Made by a program: the position numbers and the translations under genes. A stretch of 51,148 nucleotides of DNA from Guillardia theta CCMP2712. Lineage: Eukaryota; Protista; Cryptophyta. Shown here in pieces: positions 50,053 through 51,148 of this stretch. The stretch spans positions 79,706-130,853 of the forward strand of contig NW_005434572.1 in assembly GCF_000315625.1 (NCBI RefSeq), written 5' to 3'. Under the pieces are notes generated by a model. The model did not search any database and had not been told where the DNA came from. It saw only the letters and a program-made list of their open reading frames with translations. The stretch's first letter is position 1; each line of letters opens with the position of its first letter.

Positions 50053-51148
50053 TCAAGGAGTAGGAACCGTCGTGCAACGAGCATCGCTCGCTGGAAGCAC
50101 CTGCATCCCTTCCCGTCAGCCTCTCCGTCTCCTCCTGTCCTCGTTCTTTTCCCTCCTCTCCTCCTCCTCTTCTCTTCCTCCCGCGCTACTGCAACCCCCT
50201 GCATACGATCCTTGCCTCCCTGCCGCTTGCCTCCCTCCCTCCCCCATCGCCTTCTCCTCCCTTGCCTCCTCTCCGCGTCCTTCTCCTCCTCCTCTCGGCG
50301 TCTAGACTTGCTTCCCCTCCCCCTCTACCTCGTCGGAGACTCCCGACGTCTTCCAGTTGGGATCGTGGTACACGCATCCGTAGAAGTCCATGTCGACGCC
50401 GTACCTGCTCGCCCTCGTCAGCTCCCTCCCCTCTCTCCTCGTCCTCTTCTCCCTCCTTCCTCCCTCTCATTTCCTCCCTCCCTCCTCCTCGTCCTCTTCT
50501 CCCTCCTTCCTCCCTCTCATTTCTTCCCTCCCTCTCTCCTCGTCCTCCCTCCTTCTTTCCCTCCTCTCTCCTCCCCCTCTCCTCCTTCACTTCGCCATCC
50601 CTCCTCTTGTCGCTCACTTGAAGATGCCGTCGGGGTTGGTGCTGCCCGAGTAGGAGGCGGCTGACTTCATGTCGTTCACGGGAGATCCGTCAGACAGCGT
50701 CTTGGACCTGCGTCCTCCTGTGTCACGGCTTTTCCTCCCGCCCCTCCCTCCCCTCCTCGCCCACCCCCGTCCCCGCAACCCCCGCTCTCCCCCCCTCCGA
50801 CGCTCTCCTTCGCTCTCCCTCCCTCTCACATCTTGTGCTGACCTCTTCCCTCTCTTACCAGGTCGTGTTGGCGACGGCGCTGCCGCAGTTCTTGATCACG
50901 CCGACCGGCCATGTGGAGGAGGCGACGCCTGCGTTGAGGTCTCCGTTGCTGTCGTAGCAGTCGGTGACGCTGGACAAGGGCATGGAGGAGAGGGACTCGT
51001 AGACAGTGCGGATGTCCTGGAACATCTGGAGGGGCAGGATGAGTAAGTGTCGACTGAACTTATGCTTCGTCTGCACTCTTACATCTGCTCTCCACATCTC
51101 TTTCTTCCTCTCCTCTCCTCTCCTCTCCTCTCCTCTCCTCTCCTCTCC
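50053..51148 (-). CDS. 3' exons of a hypothetical protein (continues beyond the window)
   Basis: Exon-like segments with coding codon usage (MFQDIRTVYESLSS..CYDSNGDL..; KTLSDGSPVNDMK..; YGVDMDFYGCVYHDPNWK), bounded by GT/AG and purine-rich introns. Confidence 0.55.

Overview
Gene-dense eukaryotic nuclear DNA with short GT-AG introns (CTGAC-type branch motif), many purine/pyrimidine microsatellites and two N gaps. Intron style, a bipartite plastid-targeting leader and gene content suggest an alga with a complex red plastid, most likely a cryptophyte such as Guillardia (inference). I read 18 spliced protein-coding genes, in order: TBC Rab-GAP (+), plastid PNPase (-), GT95/96-like glycosyltransferase with two MGAT5-C-terminal-like modules (+), PDZ/coiled-coil (-), AMBRA1-like WD40 (+), SK-like K+ channel (-), RPL4 (+), SPB1/FTSJ3 (-), unknown targeted membrane protein (+), ARMC1 (-), RPL27A (+), ELAPOR/UPF0577 (-), NAA50 (+), small membrane protein (-), PRELI (+), SPX protein (-), Zn2Cys6 transcription factor (+) and a partial unknown gene (-). 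The most striking structure lies above the gene level. All 18 genes alternate strand without exception. The head-to-head spacers share recurring elements: strand-polarised (G)TAACGG Myb-like clusters, GACTACCCCACCC / ACCCC-rich tracts and perfect inverted repeats. Together these suggest a repeated bidirectional-promoter architecture. Exon boundaries were inferred by eye and are approximate.
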